Source: an uncultured virus (IMG/VR IMGVR_UViG_3300028641_000003)
Taxonomy: Duplodnaviria; Heunggongvirae; Uroviricota; Caudoviricetes
Reading direction: 5' to 3' (one strand)
Virus record (IMG/VR): IMGVR_UViG_3300028641_000003
Length of the DNA stretch: 64,000 nt
Under the pieces are notes generated by a model. That model did not search any database, was not told the DNA's origin, and saw nothing but the letters and a program-made list of their open reading frames with translations. The first letter of the stretch is position 1; every line of letters starts with the position of its first letter. Shown piece by piece: positions 26,627-35,708 of the stretch. The translations under genes were made by a program, and so were the position numbers.

Positions 26627-27057
26627 CTATAACCGAAGAAGATTTTAAAAAGATGTTTGAATTGGTTCGTGAAATACATGTAAATTATACTAAGAATGTA
26701 GAAAGGGAAAACGAAGTTCTTAGAAATATGCTTACGGAAGCCCAGCAGAAACTTGATGAGGCTTTGGCTCTGGTGGAAAAGTTGAGAAAAACCATAGATA
26801 CCCTGGAAAAAACTAAAAATATTCATGATTTTGTCCGCGATCATCAAGACAATGATTGGACCAAGACTCTGCCAGGATCGGGTCCGTGGGTTGCGCCAGG
26901 ACATGGCAGTGGCGTACCAACTTGGCAGATTTATACGACATCAACCTTAACCAATCCAATCTGCACATCAGCTACAAACATGCAGAATGAGTATGAAAGG
27001 TATATCAAGCATATAAAAGAAGCAAATATGTATAGTAAGGCTGACGAAGATGGATGA
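26623..27057 (+). CDS. hypothetical coiled-coil protein
   Basis: ATGA overlap. Confidence 0.7.
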   Translation: MTITEEDFKKMFELVREIHVNYTKNVERENEVLRNMLTEAQQKLDEALALVEKLRKTIDTLEKTKNIHDFVRDHQDNDWTKTLPGSGPWVAPGHGSGVPTWQIYTTSTLTNPICTSATNMQNEYERYIKHIKEANMYSKADEDG

Positions 27058-27424
27058 TTTGTATGTAAAATCTCTCGAAGATGAAAATGAAAGGTTAAGA
27101 GAGAGTCTTTCATTAGTTCGTCTTGAGTTAGATGAGATTAAAGAAAAAGAAAAAAAGAATTTATTTACTGCTACTACTAATAATGTTATGAGTAGTATTA
27201 CGATTGGATCACCAAAAATAATATCCCCAAATCAATGCTATATTTCGAGTCAATATGATAGTGAGTTTTATATATGTGGAATAAAATTGACAAAAAAAGA
27301 TATAGAGTATCTTGTAACAAGTCGTGAAATAATTACAGAAGAATTAGCCAAGGCAAACCTATGGAAAACGATATTGATTCTTTGGAGATTGCTCGTCACC
27401 AAAAAGAGCTTGAAGAAAGAATAG
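27050..27424 (+). CDS. hypothetical coiled-coil protein
   Basis: Overlapping operon gene. Confidence 0.65.
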   Translation: MDDLYVKSLEDENERLRESLSLVRLELDEIKEKEKKNLFTATTNNVMSSITIGSPKIISPNQCYISSQYDSEFYICGIKLTKKDIEYLVTSREIITEELAKANLWKTILILWRLLVTKKSLKKE

Positions 27425-27702
27425 AAAACCTCCAGGGTCTTCTAGAAAAAGAGTGCTGTGATCACGTTAAAGACAACAAAAGATATCTTTTGTTGTTTCA
27501 TCAGCTTCTTAAGGATTTACAAAAGATAGCAAGAATTGAAGTTATTATTAAAAGAGAATCACACGAAGACGAGCCAACCCAAGGAATGGTTGCTTTTGAC
27601 AAAAAAGTGATAGAAGATATTATTAAAGAAATCGGTAGATTTCATGATAAGTATTCTGATAAGTCATATGCCTTTTTAAAAGAAATAATTCGCAATGAGT
27701 GA
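27361..27702 (+). CDS. hypothetical protein
   Basis: 113 aa ORF. Confidence 0.6.
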   Translation: MENDIDSLEIARHQKELEERIENLQGLLEKECCDHVKDNKRYLLLFHQLLKDLQKIARIEVIIKRESHEDEPTQGMVAFDKKVIEDIIKEIGRFHDKYSDKSYAFLKEIIRNE

Positions 27703-27714
27703 TATAATAAACTC

Positions 27715-28224
27715 ATGCCAATTACATATACTATAACCAAAGATAACACAGTAGATAAGAAGGGAGAATTAGATCCCGAAATCTTTGACGAAAATTTTCA
27801 AAAAGACACACTTCCTACCATACTTAGCGACCACCCAAATTTTATAAAATGGGTTAATATGCTTTATGGAAGTGGAATAAGCAAGAAACCAGAATATAAA
27901 TTCGCAGATTGTTTTGGAACTTGGCTTGTATTCAAGATAGGCGAAAAGGGAGTATATAGAACATCAGAATTGGCTAATATTTTTGAGTCACATTATAATG
28001 ATGAAGCAATAGATTCAGTAATTGGCTTTAATGCGTTGGTTGACTTTCTTCAGCAGGATTGGGATAATGACGAAAAACAATTTATAGAAACAAACAATAT
28101 TAGGAATAGCGTAGAGAAGTCAGTGAAGAAGATAAAAAAGATACTTAGAGAAGCCCGAAAGATGAAGAAACAGAAGCTTCCGGATGGCGAATTCAAAACA
28201 AACATCAACAAGGAGAATGCATGA
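27715..28224 (+). CDS. hypothetical protein
   Basis: 169 aa ORF. Confidence 0.7.
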   Translation: MPITYTITKDNTVDKKGELDPEIFDENFQKDTLPTILSDHPNFIKWVNMLYGSGISKKPEYKFADCFGTWLVFKIGEKGVYRTSELANIFESHYNDEAIDSVIGFNALVDFLQQDWDNDEKQFIETNNIRNSVEKSVKKIKKILREARKMKKQKLPDGEFKTNINKENA

Positions 28225-28529
28225 CAATTTGGCTTGCTATAGTTACCCACAACGACGTCAAGAGTTATAACGAATACCATATTAGATACGAAGGTCACAC
28301 TTCTGTTGACGATGCAAAGAAGGAAATCCTTGAGGTTCGCCGTAGATTAATAAAAGACGAAAAGGCTCCCCTTGATTGTTATGTTTACGAGGCTTCTGAA
28401 CCATTGTATGGTTACACACCTTATAACCTTGATGACATTGATTTTAACTTTTATCGCGAACTGACTCCCGAGGAAAAGGCAAGAAAGAAATCAGTAGAAA
28501 AAGAACTAGAAGAAAAGATGAATGTCTAA
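28221..28529 (+). CDS. hypothetical protein
   Basis: AAGGAG RBS, ATGA overlap. Confidence 0.7.
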   Translation: MTIWLAIVTHNDVKSYNEYHIRYEGHTSVDDAKKEILEVRRRLIKDEKAPLDCYVYEASEPLYGYTPYNLDDIDFNFYRELTPEEKARKKSVEKELEEKMNV

Positions 28530-28998
28530 TGACCTCCAAAACTATATTAAAGATATTGAGAAGCAAAACGAAGCTTTGAAGTTATCGTTAGAGCATTATG
28601 CTAAGATAGCAGGAGCATCGTATCAGATATATGTCGTTGACCCGACTATCGACGCAATAGACTTTGCGAAAATAATACAATATTATATAGACGCTGGTTG
28701 GGAACTAATGCCCAAAAGAAAAGTCGATGAAACAAAAAGGAGATGGGAGTATTTTTGTTTACCTGAGAGACTTCAATCTAAGATAGAAAACACTAAGCTA
28801 AATCCAAGTTCGGTGTATAAGCAACCCTTCAGATTCCCATATAGACCAAGGGGCAAAACTATGTTACAGAAGTATGGGGTTGAATATATTGAGGCTATTA
28901 ATAAGTTTAATATTATGTTAAATACACAAGCCATTATAGAGGGAAGACTTCCGCTTGATATATACGATCAGTGGGTTACAGAATATTCCTTTGCTTGA
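28522..28998 (+). CDS. hypothetical protein
   Basis: 158 aa ORF. Confidence 0.7.
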   Translation: MSNDLQNYIKDIEKQNEALKLSLEHYAKIAGASYQIYVVDPTIDAIDFAKIIQYYIDAGWELMPKRKVDETKRRWEYFCLPERLQSKIENTKLNPSSVYKQPFRFPYRPRGKTMLQKYGVEYIEAINKFNIMLNTQAIIEGRLPLDIYDQWVTEYSFA

Positions 28999-29039
28999 TT
29001 TACAAAATATAATCCGTATAATGGTTTATAGAGGTAACT

Positions 29040-29576
29040 ATGAACTACTTAGCAGGCAAATCCGTGTATCTTGCGGGACCGATGTTCGCATGTAATGATG
29101 ATGGTGCGGGGTGGCGAGATACTATAACACCAAAACTTGTCTCTTACGGGATTAGCGTAGAAAATCCAGTAAAGAAGACTTTACCAAATGGAATGGGTGA
29201 AGTAGAAGACGATAAGAAGTTGTTTATTCAGCTTATTAAAGAAAACAAGTTCGATGAGTTGAAAAAGATATTCGAGCCAATCGGTAGAAAAGATTTGCGA
29301 TGTGTTGACAAGGCAGACTTTATTATAGCGTCCTACACAAGCCATGTCCATATGTTTGGGACTATACATGAACTTATTCAAGCTCATGATCAGAGAAAGC
29401 CAATACTTCTGTATATAGACAAGACATGTGTTGCCGATGGAACTCTGAACCCGTGGCTTACCATTATAACCAAACCTTCCTGCTGGTTCTTTGATTGGGA
29501 TGCTCTTCTTCATCATCTTGATTGTGTTGATAAAAAGATACATCCTTATTTCAATGAGAAATATTGGACTATTTAA
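29040..29576 (+). CDS. nucleoside 2-deoxyribosyltransferase-like protein
   Basis: VYLAGPM, WRD, DL-x-x-V-x-x-AD, GT-x-x-E, KPI. Confidence 0.75.
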   Translation: MNYLAGKSVYLAGPMFACNDDGAGWRDTITPKLVSYGISVENPVKKTLPNGMGEVEDDKKLFIQLIKENKFDELKKIFEPIGRKDLRCVDKADFIIASYTSHVHMFGTIHELIQAHDQRKPILLYIDKTCVADGTLNPWLTIITKPSCWFFDWDALLHHLDCVDKKIHPYFNEKYWTI

Positions 29577-29608
29577 AATAATAATCATTTACTATTAAAG
29601 GAATATTA

Positions 29609-30040
29609 ATGAAAAAAAGCAAAATAGAAGTCACCAAACCAGAGCCATTTAGACAAATAGTAAAAGGATACTTAGTAGTTAAAGACAGCGGTCCTATATT
29701 ATTAACTACTGAATCAGATAATGCCGTAGCCTGCTTTAAAAAATGCAAAGAAAAAGATTCCAACGCCTTTATTATGGATTTTACTACACATGTTGAAAGA
29801 TTTAAGGAGATTGGTAAGAATTTATTTAATCCCATTCCACAACAATATACTCATAATTTTTTAGAGTATCGAAATAAGATTATAAAGGAATGGCAAGATA
29901 GTGTTGATAAAATAAGTAAATGTAACCCAAAAATTGTATGGGAAAAAATAGCAGTAAAGTATGATTTACCACATAACTCTGCTACGGAGTTTAACCAGTG
30001 GTCTTTAGACCACCTTAAATATCATAAAAGGATCATTTAA
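29609..30040 (+). CDS. hypothetical protein
   Basis: AAGGA RBS. Confidence 0.65.
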   Translation: MKKSKIEVTKPEPFRQIVKGYLVVKDSGPILLTTESDNAVACFKKCKEKDSNAFIMDFTTHVERFKEIGKNLFNPIPQQYTHNFLEYRNKIIKEWQDSVDKISKCNPKIVWEKIAVKYDLPHNSATEFNQWSLDHLKYHKRII

Positions 30041-30459
30041 TGGCTAGTGCGGAAGCATGGCACCAACATTGGATTGGCTTAGCTATTAAAACGGCTGAGC
30101 TATCAAAAGACCCTTCTACCAAAGTTGGCGCTGTTATTGTTACAAAAAATAACAAGCAATGTTCGGTTGGTTATAATGGTCCACCGAGTGGGTTTGATGA
30201 TACTGAAACTGATTGGAACGACCGATCAATAAAATATGAAATGGTAATCCATGCCGAAGAAAATGCTATTTTAAATTGCCCGTTTCCCAAAGAGGGATGC
30301 AGAATATACGTTACTCATAAACCTTGCCACAAATGTATGGTCCGAATTATGCAGGTTGGAATTCGCGAGGTTTACTGGAGGCTAGACTATGATAGAATAT
30401 CGTGCGACAATATATGGCACCGTGTAGCTAATAAACTTGATATCGTTAAGAAGATTTAA
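30040..30459 (+). CDS. dCMP deaminase
   Basis: SKDPSTKVGAVI, GYNG, HAEENA, PCHKC. Confidence 0.92.
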   Translation: MASAEAWHQHWIGLAIKTAELSKDPSTKVGAVIVTKNNKQCSVGYNGPPSGFDDTETDWNDRSIKYEMVIHAEENAILNCPFPKEGCRIYVTHKPCHKCMVRIMQVGIREVYWRLDYDRISCDNIWHRVANKLDIVKKI

Positions 30460-30988
30460 GAAGATTCTTTTTGAACATCCTCTTTAAAGATTCAAGACTA
30501 AAATTAGGAGTTTCCATAGATCCAGATGGAAATAATTTCTGTCGTATCATATCTCTTGTGTTGGCTTGCTCATCGTCAAACTCTCCGCTATTATACGAAT
30601 CAAGTAATTGAGTGTAGGTAAAAGATCTATTATCTTTATTTCTTATATCATGGAGGTTGATTCTTGTAAATGGACCCATGTCATCGCCAAACTTTTTTAT
30701 AATCTTAGATACTACAAGTGACATGTTTCCGGAAAATTCGCAAGTCCACGAAGAATTAACTATCCTTATACGAACCCACCCTGCATCAAAAGCCTTATTA
30801 AGAAGCACTGCCCTGCTGTCAGTTTTTTTAGTTCCTTGAGGGTTATACGCCTTCTTAGATATTATTGACAAAACTTCTTTTTTTGATATACCAAATAATT
30901 CTGGTTTATCTATTATAGTCTGACCGTGGTCGCTTGTAACAATTATCTTTCCGCTCTTGCTATTCATCCAATATCCGTTATAATCCAT
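30446..30988 (-). CDS. hypothetical late protein
   Basis: TATAAATA on - strand at 31006-31013; GWVRIR motif shared with 31027..31401. Confidence 0.75.
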   Translation of the reverse strand: MDYNGYWMNSKSGKIIVTSDHGQTIIDKPELFGISKKEVLSIISKKAYNPQGTKKTDSRAVLLNKAFDAGWVRIRIVNSSWTCEFSGNMSLVVSKIIKKFGDDMGPFTRINLHDIRNKDNRSFTYTQLLDSYNSGEFDDEQANTRDMIRQKLFPSGSMETPNFSLESLKRMFKKNLLKSS

Positions 30989-31026
30989 GTGTATACCCTC
31001 TACACTATTTATAGGAAATATACTTT

Positions 31027-31401
31027 ATGCCATTGGGAGACGGTTACTTTTACGATAGAAGGAAAAGAAAGCTAATAAGAATATTTGAGCATGCAACCGA
31101 TTCAACGCAAAGACCGGAGGTTTTCAGGTCTAAAAAGGTGGCTCATCTTAATCCAGTTATTAATAGGGACGAAATAGTTATATATACTCTTAAGCAGGGA
31201 TTTATACGTATTCGCTACTGGAAAGGTGATCTTGGGTTTCAATTTTGGGGAAATGCCAAAGATGCCAAGAATACTCTTATTTGGTTCGCCAAGAAAACGG
31301 GAGTTGGGGATTATTGTCACGTAACATTTACCAACTTTAAAACAAAGAAATCCTATGAATTTAACTTTAAGGATTTGAACCTTGTCTTGGGCAGGGTCTA
31401 G
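31027..31401 (+). CDS. hypothetical protein, paralog of 30446..30988
   Basis: GY..K.I...H......PE.F...GFIRIR pattern. Confidence 0.7.
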   Translation: MPLGDGYFYDRRKRKLIRIFEHATDSTQRPEVFRSKKVAHLNPVINRDEIVIYTLKQGFIRIRYWKGDLGFQFWGNAKDAKNTLIWFAKKTGVGDYCHVTFTNFKTKKSYEFNFKDLNLVLGRV

Positions 31402-31415
31402 GATAAATATGTTAT

Positions 31416-31820
31416 ATGAGCGACCTACCTTTAAGTAATAAGGTTTTTCATATTACTGACATAGATGAGTTTATTTCATCTATTAGAATGGAATGTGTTA
31501 AAGATATTCTTAGCGGATTATCGACTACTTTTTATAAGACACCCGGCAAATTTAAAAAAATACTGGATAAAGATGAAATTGTCGAGTCTCTTCTTCCATC
31601 GTCAGTTATTGAAGCAGAAATAGAAAAATATATATTTTCAACAACATTGCACGAGGATGATGTTTTTATAAGACCGGAGCATATTGATATTATAATAAGG
31701 GATGTAACCATAGATACTTTTGATTCTGTGATGATGAAATTAGCGGACTATGGTATTTTGGAAATCTGTTGGTACAAAGAAGATTTTATGTGGCGTATAA
31801 AACCACTAAAAGCGGTATAA
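31416..31820 (+). CDS. hypothetical protein
   Basis: Resembles 32060..32449. Confidence 0.7.
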   Translation: MSDLPLSNKVFHITDIDEFISSIRMECVKDILSGLSTTFYKTPGKFKKILDKDEIVESLLPSSVIEAEIEKYIFSTTLHEDDVFIRPEHIDIIIRDVTIDTFDSVMMKLADYGILEICWYKEDFMWRIKPLKAV

Positions 31821-31827
31821 TACAAAA

Positions 31828-32070
31828 ATGAAAATAACAAGATCATCAGAAACTCTGGCGGGAACTACTGTATTGGTAGAGGACGACACATATTGTCTTA
31901 CACTATACAAAGTCGGTAACTGTTTTTCTGATTCTATAAGCGAGATAATCATTGAGTTACCAGAATACGACATAGATAATGTTTCTGATATCGACGCAGA
32001 AAAAATGTTCAATCTTGCTAAGAGACAATATGAAGATATGAAAAGCATTTTAGATTCGGATGAGTTATAG
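31828..32070 (+). CDS. hypothetical acidic protein
   Basis: 80 aa ORF. Confidence 0.6.
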   Translation: MKITRSSETLAGTTVLVEDDTYCLTLYKVGNCFSDSISEIIIELPEYDIDNVSDIDAEKMFNLAKRQYEDMKSILDSDEL

Positions 32071-32449
32071 TATGAATAAATCCGAAGCAATATTGAAGAT
32101 AACAGATAAGAGAGCATTTCTCATAGATATTAAGAAAGATGTCATATCGACTTTTTTATCCTCCTTTTCTGAGTCTCAAGATTTTGTTGGAGTTTATGAT
32201 GATTCATTATTGACAATGGAGCTAATGGAATTCTGGCTTTCTCATTTTTGTATAATAAGAAACAATGACGAGTTCTATATTTTATTAAAAGAGAGGGACA
32301 GGCTGCGTCTTTGCTTATATAAGGAACTATGCGAAAAGATACTGAATAAGCTGGTTGACGCTGGAATTTTAATGATGATGTGGGATAATAAGAAGAAAAG
32401 AATATTCTGGAAAAAGAAAGAAATGTCCAAGAGCATTCAAAACGTATAA
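32060..32449 (+). CDS. hypothetical protein
   Basis: Resembles 31416..31820. Confidence 0.7.
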   Translation: MSYSMNKSEAILKITDKRAFLIDIKKDVISTFLSSFSESQDFVGVYDDSLLTMELMEFWLSHFCIIRNNDEFYILLKERDRLRLCLYKELCEKILNKLVDAGILMMMWDNKKKRIFWKKKEMSKSIQNV

Positions 32450-32457
32450 ATAGAAGT

Positions 32458-32757
32458 ATGGGATTTAAGAAATTTTATAATAACTGGCAAGAGTCTTCGC
32501 CACAAAAGACAGAGGAACAACTATTCTTTGAGGTTGTGTCTGTTAGAGTCCCTTCGGTTAATTCTTTTATTGCATGGTTAGCCTTGAATAAGCATATTAA
32601 ACCATATATAAAGTATACTAATCGCAAGCCTTTACCAGTATTTGAGCTACCAGAGAATCAGAAAATTCTTTACATTGTTAAAAAGGTGCCTAAAATAAAA
32701 GAACTTGCACAAGAGTTTTCTTTTAAGTTTAAACCACCCGAATACCTAAACGACTAA
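32458..32757 (+). CDS. hypothetical late protein
   Basis: ATG 5 nt after TATAAATA 32445-32452; MGFKKF N-terminus. Confidence 0.7.
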   Translation: MGFKKFYNNWQESSPQKTEEQLFFEVVSVRVPSVNSFIAWLALNKHIKPYIKYTNRKPLPVFELPENQKILYIVKKVPKIKELAQEFSFKFKPPEYLND

Positions 32758-32758
32758 A

Positions 32759-33004
32759 ATGCTTATAACAATATTGATATCTTCACTTGCCGCGCTAATA
32801 CTAGCCACATTTGCGTGGATTGGTATAGGTCATTATAAGTTATTTAGTGAGGATGAAGATAAAGATAAAACCGCATTTACTCTTAGATTTTTCATATCGT
32901 TAGTTTTATTGGTTTTATTAGTTTGTAATGCTATAATGGTGTTTAACACAATCACCAAGGATAGTACCAATACCAATGTTCTGGAATCGGAAGAAAAAAG
33001 ATAA
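32759..33004 (+). CDS. small membrane protein
   Basis: Two hydrophobic segments. Confidence 0.65.
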   Translation: MLITILISSLAALILATFAWIGIGHYKLFSEDEDKDKTAFTLRFFISLVLLVLLVCNAIMVFNTITKDSTNTNVLESEEKR

Positions 33005-33470
33005 GATAGTCGAAAAGACGCAAAAAGAACTTATACGCGAAAAGTTAGCCAATATAGCGTATACTGCTGATGCGGAAAGGCAGCTAGAAATAAATGTCCA
33101 CGATTCATACTCATTAGTATGTTTCGTAAACGAAGATTTTCCCGAAGAGAAACAGGCTTTACATGCCACCGAAGCAGCAAGCGATTTTATATACTACGCA
33201 TCGAATAAAAATGAAACTATTCAATGGATGGATAGGCAAAAGTTGACAGGTAAAAGAGACAAGATAATAATATATAAGATTCCTGCCGAACATATGCAGG
33301 AGTTATATGCTACCCATGTAAAGAGTAGAAGAGAAGGTAAGTTTTCACCATTTAAAACAATATCTGTTATAATACACAACGGAAAGGCTTATCCAGTTGC
33401 ATTCTGTCTGGGATTTTTGTGGGGGTCACAGACGGCGAGTTACAATGATTACCCATCAACAAGAATATAG
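32976..33470 (+). CDS. hypothetical protein
   Basis: 164 aa ORF. Confidence 0.65.
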   Translation: MFWNRKKKDKIVEKTQKELIREKLANIAYTADAERQLEINVHDSYSLVCFVNEDFPEEKQALHATEAASDFIYYASNKNETIQWMDRQKLTGKRDKIIIYKIPAEHMQELYATHVKSRREGKFSPFKTISVIIHNGKAYPVAFCLGFLWGSQTASYNDYPSTRI

Positions 33471-33479
33471 GAAAAAAAT

Positions 33480-33701
33480 ATGGCAAAATACGGAGAAAAT
33501 GGTGCTTTTTACACAACCGACGATCTTATTCGCATGTCTAGACTTGAAAGTTTCGGTCAATATAGTGCGATGCTTGAGAGAGTTTTCGTTAAGTTAAAAG
33601 CGTATGAGAGTGAAAATAAGCAGCTAAAAACTCTTGTAAATCAACTCAAGTTAGAACTAGAGGAAAAGACCGAAGGACAGGTTGTTGATAAACTTTTGTA
33701 A
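33480..33701 (+). CDS. hypothetical coiled-coil protein
   Basis: 73 aa ORF. Confidence 0.65.
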   Translation: MAKYGENGAFYTTDDLIRMSRLESFGQYSAMLERVFVKLKAYESENKQLKTLVNQLKLELEEKTEGQVVDKLL

Positions 33702-33718
33702 GTGGGTATAATAGAGAT

Positions 33719-34810
33719 ATGAGTGTAAGTATAAGCGATTTTCTTAAAGAAATAAAATCTGTTACCAACAATCGTGGGTGTTATCTCTACGGCGAGGCGG
33801 TGCGGGATATAATAAATAGACAGAAACCAAAGATATTTAATATATTTATTAAATCGTCACCAAGTGAAGATATAGAGATACTAAGAAATAGCTTACCAAC
33901 ATATAAAAACATCAAATATACTATTGAACCTAATTTTTGTATACCTGACATATTTACTGTCAACATGTTATATTTGGATGTTAATGATATTCTCAATGGA
34001 AGTATTAATATACTTTCCCAGCAGAATGGCTTGAGGGATTTTAATAAATCAAGTATAAAATTTACAAAAGACGCCGCCGAGAATATTAAACCGGAATATC
34101 TTCTTGAAGCTATAAAGCTATCTGTCGTAACCGGGTTTCATTTAGACCCCAAAACCATAACTATTATATTTAACAATAGGGATAAAATTAAAGACCTTGA
34201 TAAAAGAGAAATCTATAGATTCTTGGTTGATTCTGTAAAGTTAAGAGGAACACGTAAAGTCATATCATTTCTTAATACTCTTGGGCTATCTAATGCTTTG
34301 TTTGGATTTAAGTTGACGGAAACTTCTATTGTTAATCATTTTAATTCATTGGATGTTTTTGAATTTTTTGCTGTGGTATTGTCTGAAGTCAAGTTTGAAG
34401 ACCTGAAGCCTATATTGATTGAAAAATGCGGATTTGCTGAAAGAGACACAGAACATGTATTAAAGTTATCGAAGGCTATCAATGAAATAGAAGATGAATC
34501 AGAAATATCGGCTCGTAAGTTTCTGTCAACAATAGAAAAAAAGAGGATACCTAACGCTGTTAGACTACTTAAGAACTTAGGATACAAGAACTTAGCTAAG
34601 ATTATTAAGAAAGAAAAGAGCGCCCCCGTTATATCATCTGAGTTTTGTATTGATGAAAGAATCATTAGGGCAGCTTTTGGTATTGAAAACCCGGAAGTAG
34701 TTGGTAAGCTGTTGGAGATGGCACATCAGAAGATCATAGATGAGCCTGCGTTCAACAACCAAACTAAGATACTAACCTATCTTAACTACGAAAGGAAAAA
34801 GTATGTCTAA
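33719..34810 (+). CDS. degenerate tRNA nucleotidyltransferase-like protein
   Basis: YLYGEAVRD and FTVNML recognisable, but catalytic DxD replaced (PKIFNI) and RRD/EDxxR absent; leaderless. Confidence 0.65.
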   Translation: MSVSISDFLKEIKSVTNNRGCYLYGEAVRDIINRQKPKIFNIFIKSSPSEDIEILRNSLPTYKNIKYTIEPNFCIPDIFTVNMLYLDVNDILNGSINILSQQNGLRDFNKSSIKFTKDAAENIKPEYLLEAIKLSVVTGFHLDPKTITIIFNNRDKIKDLDKREIYRFLVDSVKLRGTRKVISFLNTLGLSNALFGFKLTETSIVNHFNSLDVFEFFAVVLSEVKFEDLKPILIEKCGFAERDTEHVLKLSKAINEIEDESEISARKFLSTIEKKRIPNAVRLLKNLGYKNLAKIIKKEKSAPVISSEFCIDERIIRAAFGIENPEVVGKLLEMAHQKIIDEPAFNNQTKILTYLNYERKKYV

Positions 34811-35084
34811 GAAATTAAAAACCGAATCGCTGTCCGTTGGTAGTCGGGTTCGACATGTTACCGATAAGAATCTCACCGAAGGAGTGGTAGTATGGAAACA
34901 GTCTTGTACTAAGGCTGTCGGATCGCGAGATGTTGTGGGGAGGCGGTGGTCGGTTCATTGGTCTAACGGGGATCGTGGAATTTATAGGAGCGTTGATATT
35001 TCTAAAATACCACCAAAGAACTTAAAGAAAATCATTTTAAAAGAAATAGAAAAAGAGGACGAGGAAGTAAATGAAGAAGAGTAA
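34803..35084 (+). CDS. hypothetical SH3/KOW-like small protein
   Basis: LSVGSRVRH...GVVV...VHW pattern. Confidence 0.6.
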   Translation: MSKKLKTESLSVGSRVRHVTDKNLTEGVVVWKQSCTKAVGSRDVVGRRWSVHWSNGDRGIYRSVDISKIPPKNLKKIILKEIEKEDEEVNEEE

Positions 35085-35619
35085 ATCTACCAAGAAAACA
35101 AAAAAAGTAGAGATAGAAGATGATGATATCATTGGTAAGAAAACCGATGCTTTGAATACAGATATTATTGAAGTTATACCCGATCAGATTAATGGAGAAG
35201 TTGTTGAAGAAGATGAAGTTACCGTTTATCGCGATATTATGACTATGACGGACGATGAAAGGTTTTCTTCTGATGACCATATGAGTCTCTCCACTATAAG
35301 ATTATCGCCGCCACCAGCCCCGGCGTGGTACGATGATGTGTCTAAGTTGAAATTCAAAGTAGGGCAATTAGTTGTCTTTAAAGGATCGAAAGATTCAACT
35401 GTATATTATGTTAGCGGTCCCGATAAGAGAGAAAATTTTTACACCATAGTTCCTGATAAGTCTCTTAAAAGTATAGCGATATCTGGGGAGCAGATAAAAT
35501 TGGCTCCTAAAGATTCAAAATGGACGAAATATTGGGATACTGTTCCCGTTATTAAAGCACCATCGTGGAAGGATAAAGACATTAAGAACAATGTCAAGAA
35601 AATTAATAAAAAGAAGTAA
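35071..35619 (+). CDS. hypothetical protein
   Basis: 182 aa; KFKVGQLV SH3-like segment. Confidence 0.65.
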   Translation: MKKSKSTKKTKKVEIEDDDIIGKKTDALNTDIIEVIPDQINGEVVEEDEVTVYRDIMTMTDDERFSSDDHMSLSTIRLSPPPAPAWYDDVSKLKFKVGQLVVFKGSKDSTVYYVSGPDKRENFYTIVPDKSLKSIAISGEQIKLAPKDSKWTKYWDTVPVIKAPSWKDKDIKNNVKKINKKK

Positions 35620-35649
35620 TTTGTCTGTGTGATACACAGATAGACGGGA

Positions 35650-35690
35650 AAGAAACCCGCCCTTGATTGGGGCGGGTTTCTTGTTATATT
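35650..35690 (+). terminator. 13-bp hairpin overlapping a promoter
   Basis: AAGAAACCCGCCC-TTGATTG-GGGCGGGTTTCTT; TTGATT-N16-TATATT. Confidence 0.65.
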
Positions 35691-35708
35691 GTTTATAACG
35701 AGGAAAAT

